64,000 nt of DNA from Polyangiales bacterium. Its GTDB lineage: Bacteria; Myxococcota_A; Polyangia; Polyangiales; JADJQN01. The stretch spans positions 288,001 through 352,000 of the forward strand of contig CAXNJO010000006.1 of the NCBI GenBank assembly GCA_964202905.1, read 5' to 3'. Position numbers and translations under genes: made by a program. Positions 44,638-52,916 of the stretch are shown here, piece by piece (position 1 is the stretch's first letter; each line of letters opens with the position of its first letter). Under the pieces are notes generated by a model. That model did no database searches, was not told the DNA's origin, and saw only the letters and a program-made list of their open reading frames with translations.

Positions 44638-45588
44638 ATGGGTGACGCGCGCGCTCCTTCGGCCGACGACGGTGGGGACTCCTTCGACTTCGCGCGCTAC
44701 GTCGCGGCCCGGCGCGCCGCGGTGCCCGGCGGGGACGACGAGGCGACGCGCTACGCGTACGCCGCCGACGTCGCGATGCTGCGCACGTTCCGGCGCCTGC
44801 GCCCCGTCGAGCTCGCGGCCGCGGCCGTCGTGCGCACGAGCAAGGAGCTGATGCGCAACCAGCTGCTCGGCCGCACCGTGCGTGTGTCGCCGCGGCAGTT
44901 TCCGCAGGTGCACGCGCTCGCCGTCGAGTGCGCCGAGACGCTCGGTGTCGCGGTCCCCACGGTGTACGTCGCCAACAGCCCCGTCATCAACGCGTACACC
45001 TCGGGCACCGACGACGACGCGTTCATCGTCGTGCACTCGGCCCTGCTCGACGCGTTCGAGCCCGCCGAGCTCAAGTTCGTGCTGGGCCACGAGACGGGGC
45101 ACATCCAGAACAAGCACGTCGTGTACGGCACGGTGCTGCGCGTGCTGCTCGACGGCGCGAGCGTGTTCCTCCGCTACGCCGCGGCGCCCGCGCAGATGCC
45201 GCTGATGGCCTGGTATCGGCGCGCCGAGATCACCTGCGATCGGGCGGGTCTGCTCTGCACGCGCGACCTCGCGGCGGCCTCGCGCGCCTTCCTGAAGATC
45301 GCGATCGGCTCGCGCGCGCTCGTCGCGCAGATCGATCTCGACGCGTTCGTCGCGCAGGCGGGCGAGGGGCGTGTCGGGGTCGGCCGGATGCTCGAGGCGT
45401 TCGACACGCACCCGTACCTCCCGAAGCGGATCGAGGCGCTGCGCGTCTTCGCCGAGAGCGCGCTCTACCGCCGCGCGATCGGCGCGGGCGACGACGGCCT
45501 CTCCATGGAAGAGGTCGACCGCCGCACGGGCGCGATCGTGCAGATCCTGCGCAGCGGGTCGCAAGGCGCGGGGGCCGTCGATGCCTGA
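44638..45588 (+). CDS. M48 family zinc metallopeptidase
   Basis: INAYTSG, FVLGHETGH (HExxH), RRAEITCDRAG, THPYLPKRI. Confidence 0.9.
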   Translation: MGDARAPSADDGGDSFDFARYVAARRAAVPGGDDEATRYAYAADVAMLRTFRRLRPVELAAAAVVRTSKELMRNQLLGRTVRVSPRQFPQVHALAVECAETLGVAVPTVYVANSPVINAYTSGTDDDAFIVVHSALLDAFEPAELKFVLGHETGHIQNKHVVYGTVLRVLLDGASVFLRYAAAPAQMPLMAWYRRAEITCDRAGLLCTRDLAAASRAFLKIAIGSRALVAQIDLDAFVAQAGEGRVGVGRMLEAFDTHPYLPKRIEALRVFAESALYRRAIGAGDDGLSMEEVDRRTGAIVQILRSGSQGAGAVDA

Positions 45589-46345
45589 GTCGGGCGAGTC
45601 CGTCGAGGCCGGGCCGGGGCGCGAGGACGTGTCCGCCCACGAGGCGCCCGCGGGCGAGGCATCGGCCAGCGGTGCCCCTGTGGGTGAAGCGGCCGCGGCG
45701 CGGGCCGCACGCGTCTGGGGGCGCGTGGGCGTCCTCAAGGGGCGCGTGCGCGCGGAGACGCTCGACTTCGGCGAGCGCTTCGCGCGGGCGGTGCCGCGGG
45801 AGATCGAGGCGGCGCGCGCCGAGGATCTGCGGCGTCATTGGCAGGGCTTCATCGAGGAGCGCTTCGACGCGTTCGCGCGGGCGCGCTGGGAGGCGATCGC
45901 CCCCGAGCTCGCCGCGCTCGAGCAGGAGGTCGTCGTGTCGCGCGACGCGGACGCCCGTGCACACGCCGCGCGGGTCGCGGCTGCGCTCGAGACCACGGGC
46001 CGCTCCGTGCGCGACGGGCGCGATTCGCGGGCCGCGGACGTCGGCGTGGTCGCCCTCGGCGCGATCGGACTCGGCGTGATGGTGTTCTCGAGCGCGGCCC
46101 TCGGCGGCGCGCTCGCGCTCTCGGCGCCCGTGCTCGCGTGGATGGCGCGGGAGCGCGCGGACGAGTCGCTCAAGCGCCGGTCCATCGAGGAGACGCCGGG
46201 CGCGGTGCGCGCGGCGGCGGGCCGCGTCGCGGACCTCTTCGACGCGCGCCTCGACGAGGTGGGCGCGCGGCTCGCGGGGATGGTCGGCGCGGTGGATGAC
46301 GCCGCGGACGCGGGCCCCGCGCGCCGCGTCGCGGACGCGCCGTAG
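45581..46345 (+). CDS. Helical membrane protein resembling the C-terminal stalk/paddle of myxobacterial dynamin-like proteins
   Basis: ATG overlaps the M48 stop; amphipathic helices around a hydrophobic hairpin (DVGVVALGAIGLGVMVF...GGALALSAPVLAW); no P-loop. Confidence 0.6.
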   Translation: MPESGESVEAGPGREDVSAHEAPAGEASASGAPVGEAAAARAARVWGRVGVLKGRVRAETLDFGERFARAVPREIEAARAEDLRRHWQGFIEERFDAFARARWEAIAPELAALEQEVVVSRDADARAHAARVAAALETTGRSVRDGRDSRAADVGVVALGAIGLGVMVFSSAALGGALALSAPVLAWMARERADESLKRRSIEETPGAVRAAAGRVADLFDARLDEVGARLAGMVGAVDDAADAGPARRVADAP

Positions 46346-46354
46346 TCGGTGCCG

Positions 46355-47398
46355 TCAGACCGTCGCGCCGCCGCACGACGAGCCCGAGCCCGCGGTGCAG
46401 CCGTAGCAGTGCCGCGCGACCGCGATCTCGCGGCCGACGAGCGCGTCGAGGTCGAAATCGCGGATGTGCTGCGGGGCTGATGCGGAACAGGGCAGCTCGA
46501 GCTGCTGGTTGAAATCGCAGTCGTAGAGCGCGCCGTCCCAGCCGACGCTGAGCGTGTCGAGGCACATCACGCCCGCGGTCGCGGCCGGGTTGAAGGCGGC
46601 GACGAGCCGCTCGAGGTAGGCCTCGAGCTGCCCCGCGCCCTCGAGCCACTCGAGGTAGCGGCTGATCGGCATGTTCGTGATCGTGTAGAGCGCGTCGAAG
46701 CGCACGCCGTGGAGCCGCAGCATCTCGCGCTTCCATTCGGCTTCGAGCGAGGCCTGGCTCGCCGGGAGGAACGCGCCGACCGGGTTGCTCACGAGCACGA
46801 GGCGCAGCGGACCGCCGTGGCCGTAGCCCGCCTCGTTCAGGCGGCGCAGGGCGCGGATCGACTTCTCGTAGACGCCGTCGCCGCGCTGCCGATCGGTGTT
46901 CGTCTGCCGGTAGTGCGGGAGCGAACAGACGACCTCGACGCCGTGCTCCGCGAAGAACGCGGGCAGCTCGCGGTGCGTGGGCGTCTCGAGGATCGTGAGG
47001 TTGCAGCGGTCCATCACGTGCCGGCCGAGCGCGCGCACCTCCTGCACCAGCCAGCGGAAGTGCGGGTTCATCTCGGGCGCGCCGCCGGTGAGATCGACGA
47101 CCGGGATGTCCGTCGCCGCGAGCGCGCGGAGGCAGTGCGCCATCGTCTCGCGCGTCATCACCTCGCGCCGGTCGGGGCCCGCGTCCACGTGGCAGTGACG
47201 GCAGGTCTGGTTGCAGAGCTTGCCGAGGTTCAGCTGCAGCACGCGCGGCGCGCGCGCGCGGAGGGGCGCGACGCCGCGGGCCGCGAGCGTGGCCTCGAAG
47301 TCGGGCACGCCGGGCAGGCGGGTGAGCGCCTCGCGCTGCACGGCGGCGGAGGCGAGCGGGAGCCCGCGGGAGAGGAGGGAGAGCGCGTGAGCGGCCAT
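46355..47398 (-). CDS. Radical SAM/Cys-rich protein, ArsS-like family (DUF3641 C-terminus)
   Basis: LQLNLGKLCNQTCRHCHVDAGP, DLTGGAPE, DRCNLTIL, ITNMPISR, LYDCDFNQ, HCYGCTAGSGSSCGG. Confidence 0.9.
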   Translation of the reverse strand: MAAHALSLLSRGLPLASAAVQREALTRLPGVPDFEATLAARGVAPLRARAPRVLQLNLGKLCNQTCRHCHVDAGPDRREVMTRETMAHCLRALAATDIPVVDLTGGAPEMNPHFRWLVQEVRALGRHVMDRCNLTILETPTHRELPAFFAEHGVEVVCSLPHYRQTNTDRQRGDGVYEKSIRALRRLNEAGYGHGGPLRLVLVSNPVGAFLPASQASLEAEWKREMLRLHGVRFDALYTITNMPISRYLEWLEGAGQLEAYLERLVAAFNPAATAGVMCLDTLSVGWDGALYDCDFNQQLELPCSASAPQHIRDFDLDALVGREIAVARHCYGCTAGSGSSCGGATV

Positions 47399-47550
47399 CG
47401 GCGGGAGACCTCGCGGGCGGGGGCGGCGCACTGTAGTCGATGCCGCGGGGGAGGCCCGCGCCGCGCGTGCGGCGTGTGGGCCGTGGCGAACGATCGGCGT
47501 GGAGACCGCCTCGCGATTCGCGCGCGCTCCAGCCGACGCGGCCCCGACGA

Positions 47551-48843
47551 TCAGGGCACTTCGCCGCGCATCAGGTCGTCGACCGTCTCGCGGGCGCGCA
47601 CCACGCGGAACGAACCGCCGTCGACGAGCACCTCGGGCGCGCGCGGGCGCGCATTGTACTGGCTCGCCATGCTCATCGCGTACGCGCCGGCGCCGCGGAT
47701 CGCGACGAGGTCGCCCGCGGCGAGCGGCGCGAGGGCGCGGTCGCGCGCGAGGAAGTCGCCCGTCTCGCACACGGGCCCGACGACGTCGACGACCTCCGGC
47801 GCGCCGCGGCCGCGCGGATCGTGCACGGGCACGACGGCGTGGTGCGCGTCGTAGAGCGCAGGACGGATGAGCTCCGTCATCGCGGCGTCGAGGATGACGA
47901 AGCGCCGCGTCGGCTGCTGCTTCACCGAGAGCACGCGCGCGAGCAGCACGCCCGCGTCGCCGACCAGCGCGCGGCCGTTCTCGACGAGGATCTCGAGGCC
48001 GAGCGCGTCGGCGCCGGCGCGGCGCAGGCCGTCGCGGATCGCGTCCCCGAAGGACTCCCACGCGTCGCTGGGCCGCGCCTCGTCGCCGTACGCGATGGGC
48101 CAGCCGCCGCCCGCGTCGAGGGTGCGCAGCGGGGCGCCCGCCTCGAGGCAGGCGCGCGCGAAGCGGGCGATGCGCTCGACCGCCTCGCCGAGCGGCGCGG
48201 CCGAGGGGAGCTGCGAGCCGATGTGGCAGGCGACGCCCTCGAGCGTGAGGTGCCCGCTCGCGAGGATGCGCGGCAGGAGCGCGTGCGCCGCGTCGAACTC
48301 GAGGCCGAACTTCGTGTCGTGCAGGCCCGTCGCGATGTACGGGTGCGTCGCCGGATCGACGTCCGGGTTGAGGCGGAGCGCGATGGGCGCGCGCACCCCG
48401 CGCGCGGCGGCCCGCGCCTCGACGAGCGCGAGCTCCTCGGCGCTCTCGACGTGCACGCTCCGGATGCCCGCGGCGAGCGCCGCGTCGAGCTCGTCGGCGC
48501 GCTTGCCGATGCCGCTGAAGACGATGCGCGACGCGGGCACGCCGGCCCGCAGCGCGCGGGCGAGCTCGCCGGCCGACACGATGTCGCAGCCCGCCCCGAG
48601 CCGCGCGAGGCGGGCGAGCACCGCGAGGTTGCCGTTGGCCTTCACCGCGTACGCGACGAGGTGCGGCAGACCCGCGAGCGTCGCGTCGACGCGCGCGAAG
48701 GCCGCGTCGATCGCCGCGCCGCTGTAGACGTACGCGGGCGTGCCGACCTCCGCGGCGATGGCGGCGAGCGGGACGCCCTCGGCGCAGAGGGCGCCGGTCG
48801 CGTCGCGCGCGAACACCGGGGAGGGCGGCGTCTCGGCGCTCAT
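47551..48843 (-). CDS. lysA: Diaminopimelate decarboxylase
   Basis: GTPAYVYS, YAVKAN, FSGIGK, THPYIATG..KFG, HIGSQ, GPVCETGD, AGAY..SMASQYN; ATGA overlap with argH. Confidence 0.95.
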   Translation of the reverse strand: MSAETPPSPVFARDATGALCAEGVPLAAIAAEVGTPAYVYSGAAIDAAFARVDATLAGLPHLVAYAVKANGNLAVLARLARLGAGCDIVSAGELARALRAGVPASRIVFSGIGKRADELDAALAAGIRSVHVESAEELALVEARAAARGVRAPIALRLNPDVDPATHPYIATGLHDTKFGLEFDAAHALLPRILASGHLTLEGVACHIGSQLPSAAPLGEAVERIARFARACLEAGAPLRTLDAGGGWPIAYGDEARPSDAWESFGDAIRDGLRRAGADALGLEILVENGRALVGDAGVLLARVLSVKQQPTRRFVILDAAMTELIRPALYDAHHAVVPVHDPRGRGAPEVVDVVGPVCETGDFLARDRALAPLAAGDLVAIRGAGAYAMSMASQYNARPRAPEVLVDGGSFRVVRARETVDDLMRGEVP

Positions 48844-50288
48844 CCGGCGTCGCCCGTCGCGGGGGTCGCGAGGCCGTGCTCGGTGGCGACCGTGTCGACG
48901 TCGGTGCCGCGCTCCGCGAGACGCGCGCGCAACGCCGCGATCGCCGCGCGTACCTGCCGCCGCGCGGGGCCGCCCGGCACGTCGCGGCGCTCGACGATGA
49001 CCTCCGGATTGAGGGCGTGGAAGATGTCCTCGGCGAACGCGGGGTGCTCGGCGCGGAGCTCCTCGAGGCTCAGCTCGGCGAGGGTGCGGCCGAGACCGAG
49101 CGCGCGCCGCACGAGCCTCCCCGAGACGTGGTGCGCCTCGCGGAACGGCACGCCGCGCGCGGCGAGGTAGTCCGCGATCTCGGTCGCGTCGACGAAGCCC
49201 TCGCGCAGCGCGGCGCGCATCCGCGCGGCGTCGAAGCGGGTGTGCGCGAGCGCGGGTGCGAGGACGTCGAGCGAGGCGTCCACCGTGTCGAACGCGTCGA
49301 AGACGGGTGGCTTGTCCTCCTGCAGATCGCGGTTGTAGGCGAGCGGGAGGCCCTTGAGCAGCACGAGCAGCGTGACGAGGTCGCCGACGACGCGCCCCGT
49401 CTTGCCGCGCACGAGCTCGGCCATGTCGGGGTTCTTCTTCTGCGGCATCATCGACGAGCCCGTCGTGAAGGCGTCGCTCATCTGCGCGAACCCGAACTCC
49501 TGCGTGCTCCAGAGCACGAGCTCCTCGCCGATGCGCGAGAGGTGCACCGCGGTCATCGCGAGCGCGGCGACGGACTCGACGAGGAAGTCGCGGTCCCCGG
49601 TCGCGTCGAGCGAGTTGCGCGCGGGCCGCGCGAAGCCGAGCGCCTCCGCGGTGTGCGCGCGGTCGATGGGGAAGGTGGTCGCGGCGAGGGCGCCCGCGCC
49701 GAGCGGCGACTCGTTCATGCGGCGCGCGGCGTCGTCGAGCCGGCCGCGATCGCGCTCGAGCATCTCGCACCAGGCGAGCAGGTGGTGCGCGAGGCGCACG
49801 GGCTGCGCGCGCTGCAGGTGCGTGTAGCCGGGCATCAGCACGTCGACCGTCTCGGCGGCCCGCGCCGCGAGCACGGCGAGGAGGCGATCGAGCCGGGCGC
49901 CCGTCGCGCCGCACGCGCTGCGCGTCCAGAGACGCATGTCCGTCGCGACCTGATCGTTGCGGCTCCGCGCGGTGTGGAGCCGCGCGCCCGCCTCGCCGAT
50001 GCGCTCGGTCAGCGTCGCCTCGATGTTCATGTGGACGTCCTCGCGGGCTGCGCTCCACACGAAGGTTCCGGCCGCGACCTCGCCCGCGATCTGCTCGAGG
50101 CCCGCGACGATCTTCGCGGCGTCCGCCTGCGGGATGATGCCGCGCGCAGCCAGCATGCGCGCGTGCGCGATCGAGCCGCGGATGTCCTCCGGGGCGAGCC
50201 GCGCGTCCACGTGCACGCTCGCGCCGAAGCGCGCCGCGAGCTCGCTCGGCTCCTCGTCGAACCGTCCACCCCAGGCCTTCGTCGACAT
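48840..50288 (-). CDS. argH: Argininosuccinate lyase
   Basis: WGGRF, EDVHMNIE, HTARSRNDQVATD, MPGYTHLQRAQP, TGSSMMPQKKNPD, PLAYNRDLQEDK. Confidence 0.97.
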   Translation of the reverse strand: MSTKAWGGRFDEEPSELAARFGASVHVDARLAPEDIRGSIAHARMLAARGIIPQADAAKIVAGLEQIAGEVAAGTFVWSAAREDVHMNIEATLTERIGEAGARLHTARSRNDQVATDMRLWTRSACGATGARLDRLLAVLAARAAETVDVLMPGYTHLQRAQPVRLAHHLLAWCEMLERDRGRLDDAARRMNESPLGAGALAATTFPIDRAHTAEALGFARPARNSLDATGDRDFLVESVAALAMTAVHLSRIGEELVLWSTQEFGFAQMSDAFTTGSSMMPQKKNPDMAELVRGKTGRVVGDLVTLLVLLKGLPLAYNRDLQEDKPPVFDAFDTVDASLDVLAPALAHTRFDAARMRAALREGFVDATEIADYLAARGVPFREAHHVSGRLVRRALGLGRTLAELSLEELRAEHPAFAEDIFHALNPEVIVERRDVPGGPARRQVRAAIAALRARLAERGTDVDTVATEHGLATPATGDAG

Positions 50289-50406
50289 CGTGTTTCTCCT
50301 TGGATTGCTTGGGTTTCGTCGTGTTCGCAGCGCGTCGGGACGTCGTGTGTCGCGTGGGTCGCTCGAGGCGCGTGTCGGTCGTCGGGGGCGGCGCCGGGCT
50401 GCGTGA

Positions 50407-52671
50407 TCAGGCCCGCTCGGGGAGGCGCAGGGCCACGCGCCGAATCAGGCGCGCCCCGGCCGGCAGCGCCCAGGCGTCGAGGGCGATCGCGGCCACCGCG
50501 ACCACGCCCGGCGCGAGCATGCCCGTCGCGCCGAGCCCGACGAGCGCCAGCCCGCCCACCGCGGCGAGGCCCGCGTCGCGGTACGCGGCCTGTCGCGCGG
50601 CGCGCGCGATCCAGAGCGCAGCGGCCGCGTCGCGCACGTCCTCGGTGACGAGCGCCACCGCGCGCTCGCCTGCGGGGCCGCCCGCGGCGCCGAGCACCAC
50701 GGGCACGTCGGCGGCGGCGAGCGCGGCGTCGTCGTGCAGCGGGCGCCCGATCGCGGCGACGGCGCCCCCGCTCTCGCGCAGGCGCTTGACCTCGGCGCCC
50801 CGCTCCTCGGGGACGAGCTGCGCCTTGATGTGATCGATACCGAGCCCGCGCGCGAGCGTCTCGACGGTGCCCCGGTGATCGCCCGAGAGCAGCACGACCT
50901 CGATGCCGAGGTCGACGAGGCGCTGCACGGCCGCGCGCGCGCCGGGGCGCAGCTCGTCTTCGAGCGAGAGCACCGCGCAGACGCGCCCGCCGAGCCCGAG
51001 AAACACGGCGGTGCGCCCGCGCGTCTCGGCCCGCGCCGCGTCGGCGTCGGCGACCGCGACGCTCACGCCCTCGTCGAGCAGCAGCTGTCGGCTGCCGAGC
51101 ACGAGGGCTTCGCCGCCCGGCGCGACCGCGGTGACGCCGCGGCCGGGCAGGTAGGTCGCGCGGCGCACGCTCTCGCGCGGGACGCCGCGCGCCTCGGCGA
51201 CGCGCTGGATCGCGCGGGCGATCGGGTGCGTCTCGGCGGCGGACTCGGCGGCCGCGGCGAGCGCGACGAACGCGTCCCCGTTCGAGCCGTCGAGCGCGTG
51301 GAGCTCGACGACCTCGGGGCGCCCGTCGGTGATCGTGCCGTGGCCGCAGAGCGCCGCGTACGCGACGCGCCCGGCGCGATCGAGCGCGCGCGCGCTCTGG
51401 AAGACAATGCCGCGCGCCCCCGCGATCGCAGCGGCCGCGACGAGCGGGGCTTCCGCCGCGCGGCGCACCGCGAGGAGCGGCGCGGCGAGCAGCACCGACG
51501 CCGCGGCGCCGAGCTGCGCGGTGAAGCCGCCCCCGCCCGCGAGCACCAGCCCGCTCGCCGCGAAGAGGATCGCGAGCGCGCCGCCCCAGCGCGTGACGAG
51601 CTCCGCGGCGCGCGCGATGGGCGCGGCGTCGCGCTCGGTGCCGCTCCCGAAGCGCGCGGGGCGCACGAGCCCGCGATCGGGGCCGACGCGCGTCGCGAGG
51701 AGCCGGACCGCGCCTTCGACGATGCGTGCGCCTGCGAGCAGGGGATCGCCCGCGACGCGGCGCACCGGCGTGCGCGCGCCCGGGTGCAGCAGCGCGAGCG
51801 CCTCGCCCGCCTTCACGACGCCATCGACCGCGACGACCTCGCCCTCGAGCGCGAGGACGTCCTCGCCGGTGCGGACGCTCTCGACCGCGACGTCGCGCTG
51901 CGCCCCCGCCCGCGTGAGCGCGCCCTCGTCGCCCGTCGGCACGCGGAGGCGGCTCGGCAGCGTCGCGCGGAGCGCGTCCACGGCCTCGGCCACCGGGCGT
52001 CGGGCCCACGCGTCGAGCCACGCGCGCGCGACCATCGCGCCGGCGGCGACCGCCGCGCCGACCAGCGGCCCGCGCGTCGGCTCCGGGCCGAGCGCCCCGA
52101 TGAGCGCCGCGAACGCCGCGAGCGCCGCACCCGAGGGCCCGAGCGCCCAGGCGAAGACGCCCGTCTCGCGCCGCGCGGGGTAGGAGCGCGTGAGCGCGGC
52201 GATCGACGCGACCCACGTCGCGCAGGCCGAGAGCGTCGCCGGGAGCGGGCTCCCGCCGAGCAGCCCGAGCGCGACGCCGAGGCCCGCGGCGCCGAGCCCG
52301 AGCCACGGCGCGGGCACGCTCAGCAGCGCTGGCCGCGCGAAGAGCCGCCCCGTCGCGGTGCTCGAGGCGTCGTCGAAGTGCACGCGCCCCGGCACGTGCG
52401 GCTCGTCGCGTCGCGGCGCGGCGACGGGGAGACCCCCGCGCAGCGGCGGCGCATCGCCCTCGTCGGCCGCGTGGGTGGGCCCCCGCTCGGCGCGCGCGCC
52501 GTCCACTGCGCCCCGGACCGCGCGCTCGAAGCCGCGGTCTCCGCGACGGAACCGCGCGCGACACGCCTCGCCGCAGAGAAAGCGGTATCCGTCGTCGAGC
52601 GCGAGCATCGCCCCGGCGCGCAGCGGCTCGAGCGCGGTCCCGCAGGCCGGGCAGGGGCGGAGCGGCAGCAT
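50407..52671 (-). CDS. Degenerate P1B-ATPase-like membrane protein with N-terminal Cys metal-binding (TRASH/YHS-like) domain
   Basis: CPAC...FLCGEAC N-terminus; A-, P- and N-domain layout kept (VDGVV, HPIARAI, PGRGV, LSGD) but DKTGT reads CGHGT, TGE and CPC are absent, GDGxND reads GRPLHD. Confidence 0.82.
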   Translation of the reverse strand: MLPLRPCPACGTALEPLRAGAMLALDDGYRFLCGEACRARFRRGDRGFERAVRGAVDGARAERGPTHAADEGDAPPLRGGLPVAAPRRDEPHVPGRVHFDDASSTATGRLFARPALLSVPAPWLGLGAAGLGVALGLLGGSPLPATLSACATWVASIAALTRSYPARRETGVFAWALGPSGAALAAFAALIGALGPEPTRGPLVGAAVAAGAMVARAWLDAWARRPVAEAVDALRATLPSRLRVPTGDEGALTRAGAQRDVAVESVRTGEDVLALEGEVVAVDGVVKAGEALALLHPGARTPVRRVAGDPLLAGARIVEGAVRLLATRVGPDRGLVRPARFGSGTERDAAPIARAAELVTRWGGALAILFAASGLVLAGGGGFTAQLGAAASVLLAAPLLAVRRAAEAPLVAAAAIAGARGIVFQSARALDRAGRVAYAALCGHGTITDGRPEVVELHALDGSNGDAFVALAAAAESAAETHPIARAIQRVAEARGVPRESVRRATYLPGRGVTAVAPGGEALVLGSRQLLLDEGVSVAVADADAARAETRGRTAVFLGLGGRVCAVLSLEDELRPGARAAVQRLVDLGIEVVLLSGDHRGTVETLARGLGIDHIKAQLVPEERGAEVKRLRESGGAVAAIGRPLHDDAALAAADVPVVLGAAGGPAGERAVALVTEDVRDAAAALWIARAARQAAYRDAGLAAVGGLALVGLGATGMLAPGVVAVAAIALDAWALPAGARLIRRVALRLPERA

Positions 52672-52916
52672 GGGGCGCGCAGCGGGCACGGCGTGGGCCG
52701 TGTACATCAAAGGCCTCGGCGAGTCACGCGAGGCCGCGAGCGGGCACGGCGCGGCCGATGGCGCGGCTCCGTCGCACTCGGCGCCGCGCGTGCGACGCGT
52801 GGCCCGTCGAACGCGTCCGCGCGATGCGCCACTGCGCGCGCAGGCGCCGCACCCGCGGAGCGCGGCGCACACGTCGAGCGCTGACGCGGCGCGCGCGAGC
52901 GTGCAGACTCGCGGCC

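Noticed and set aside
46355..46420. Selenocysteine in the radical SAM C-terminal GSSxGG motif
   Set aside because: The codon is TGC (Cys); there is no in-frame TGA.
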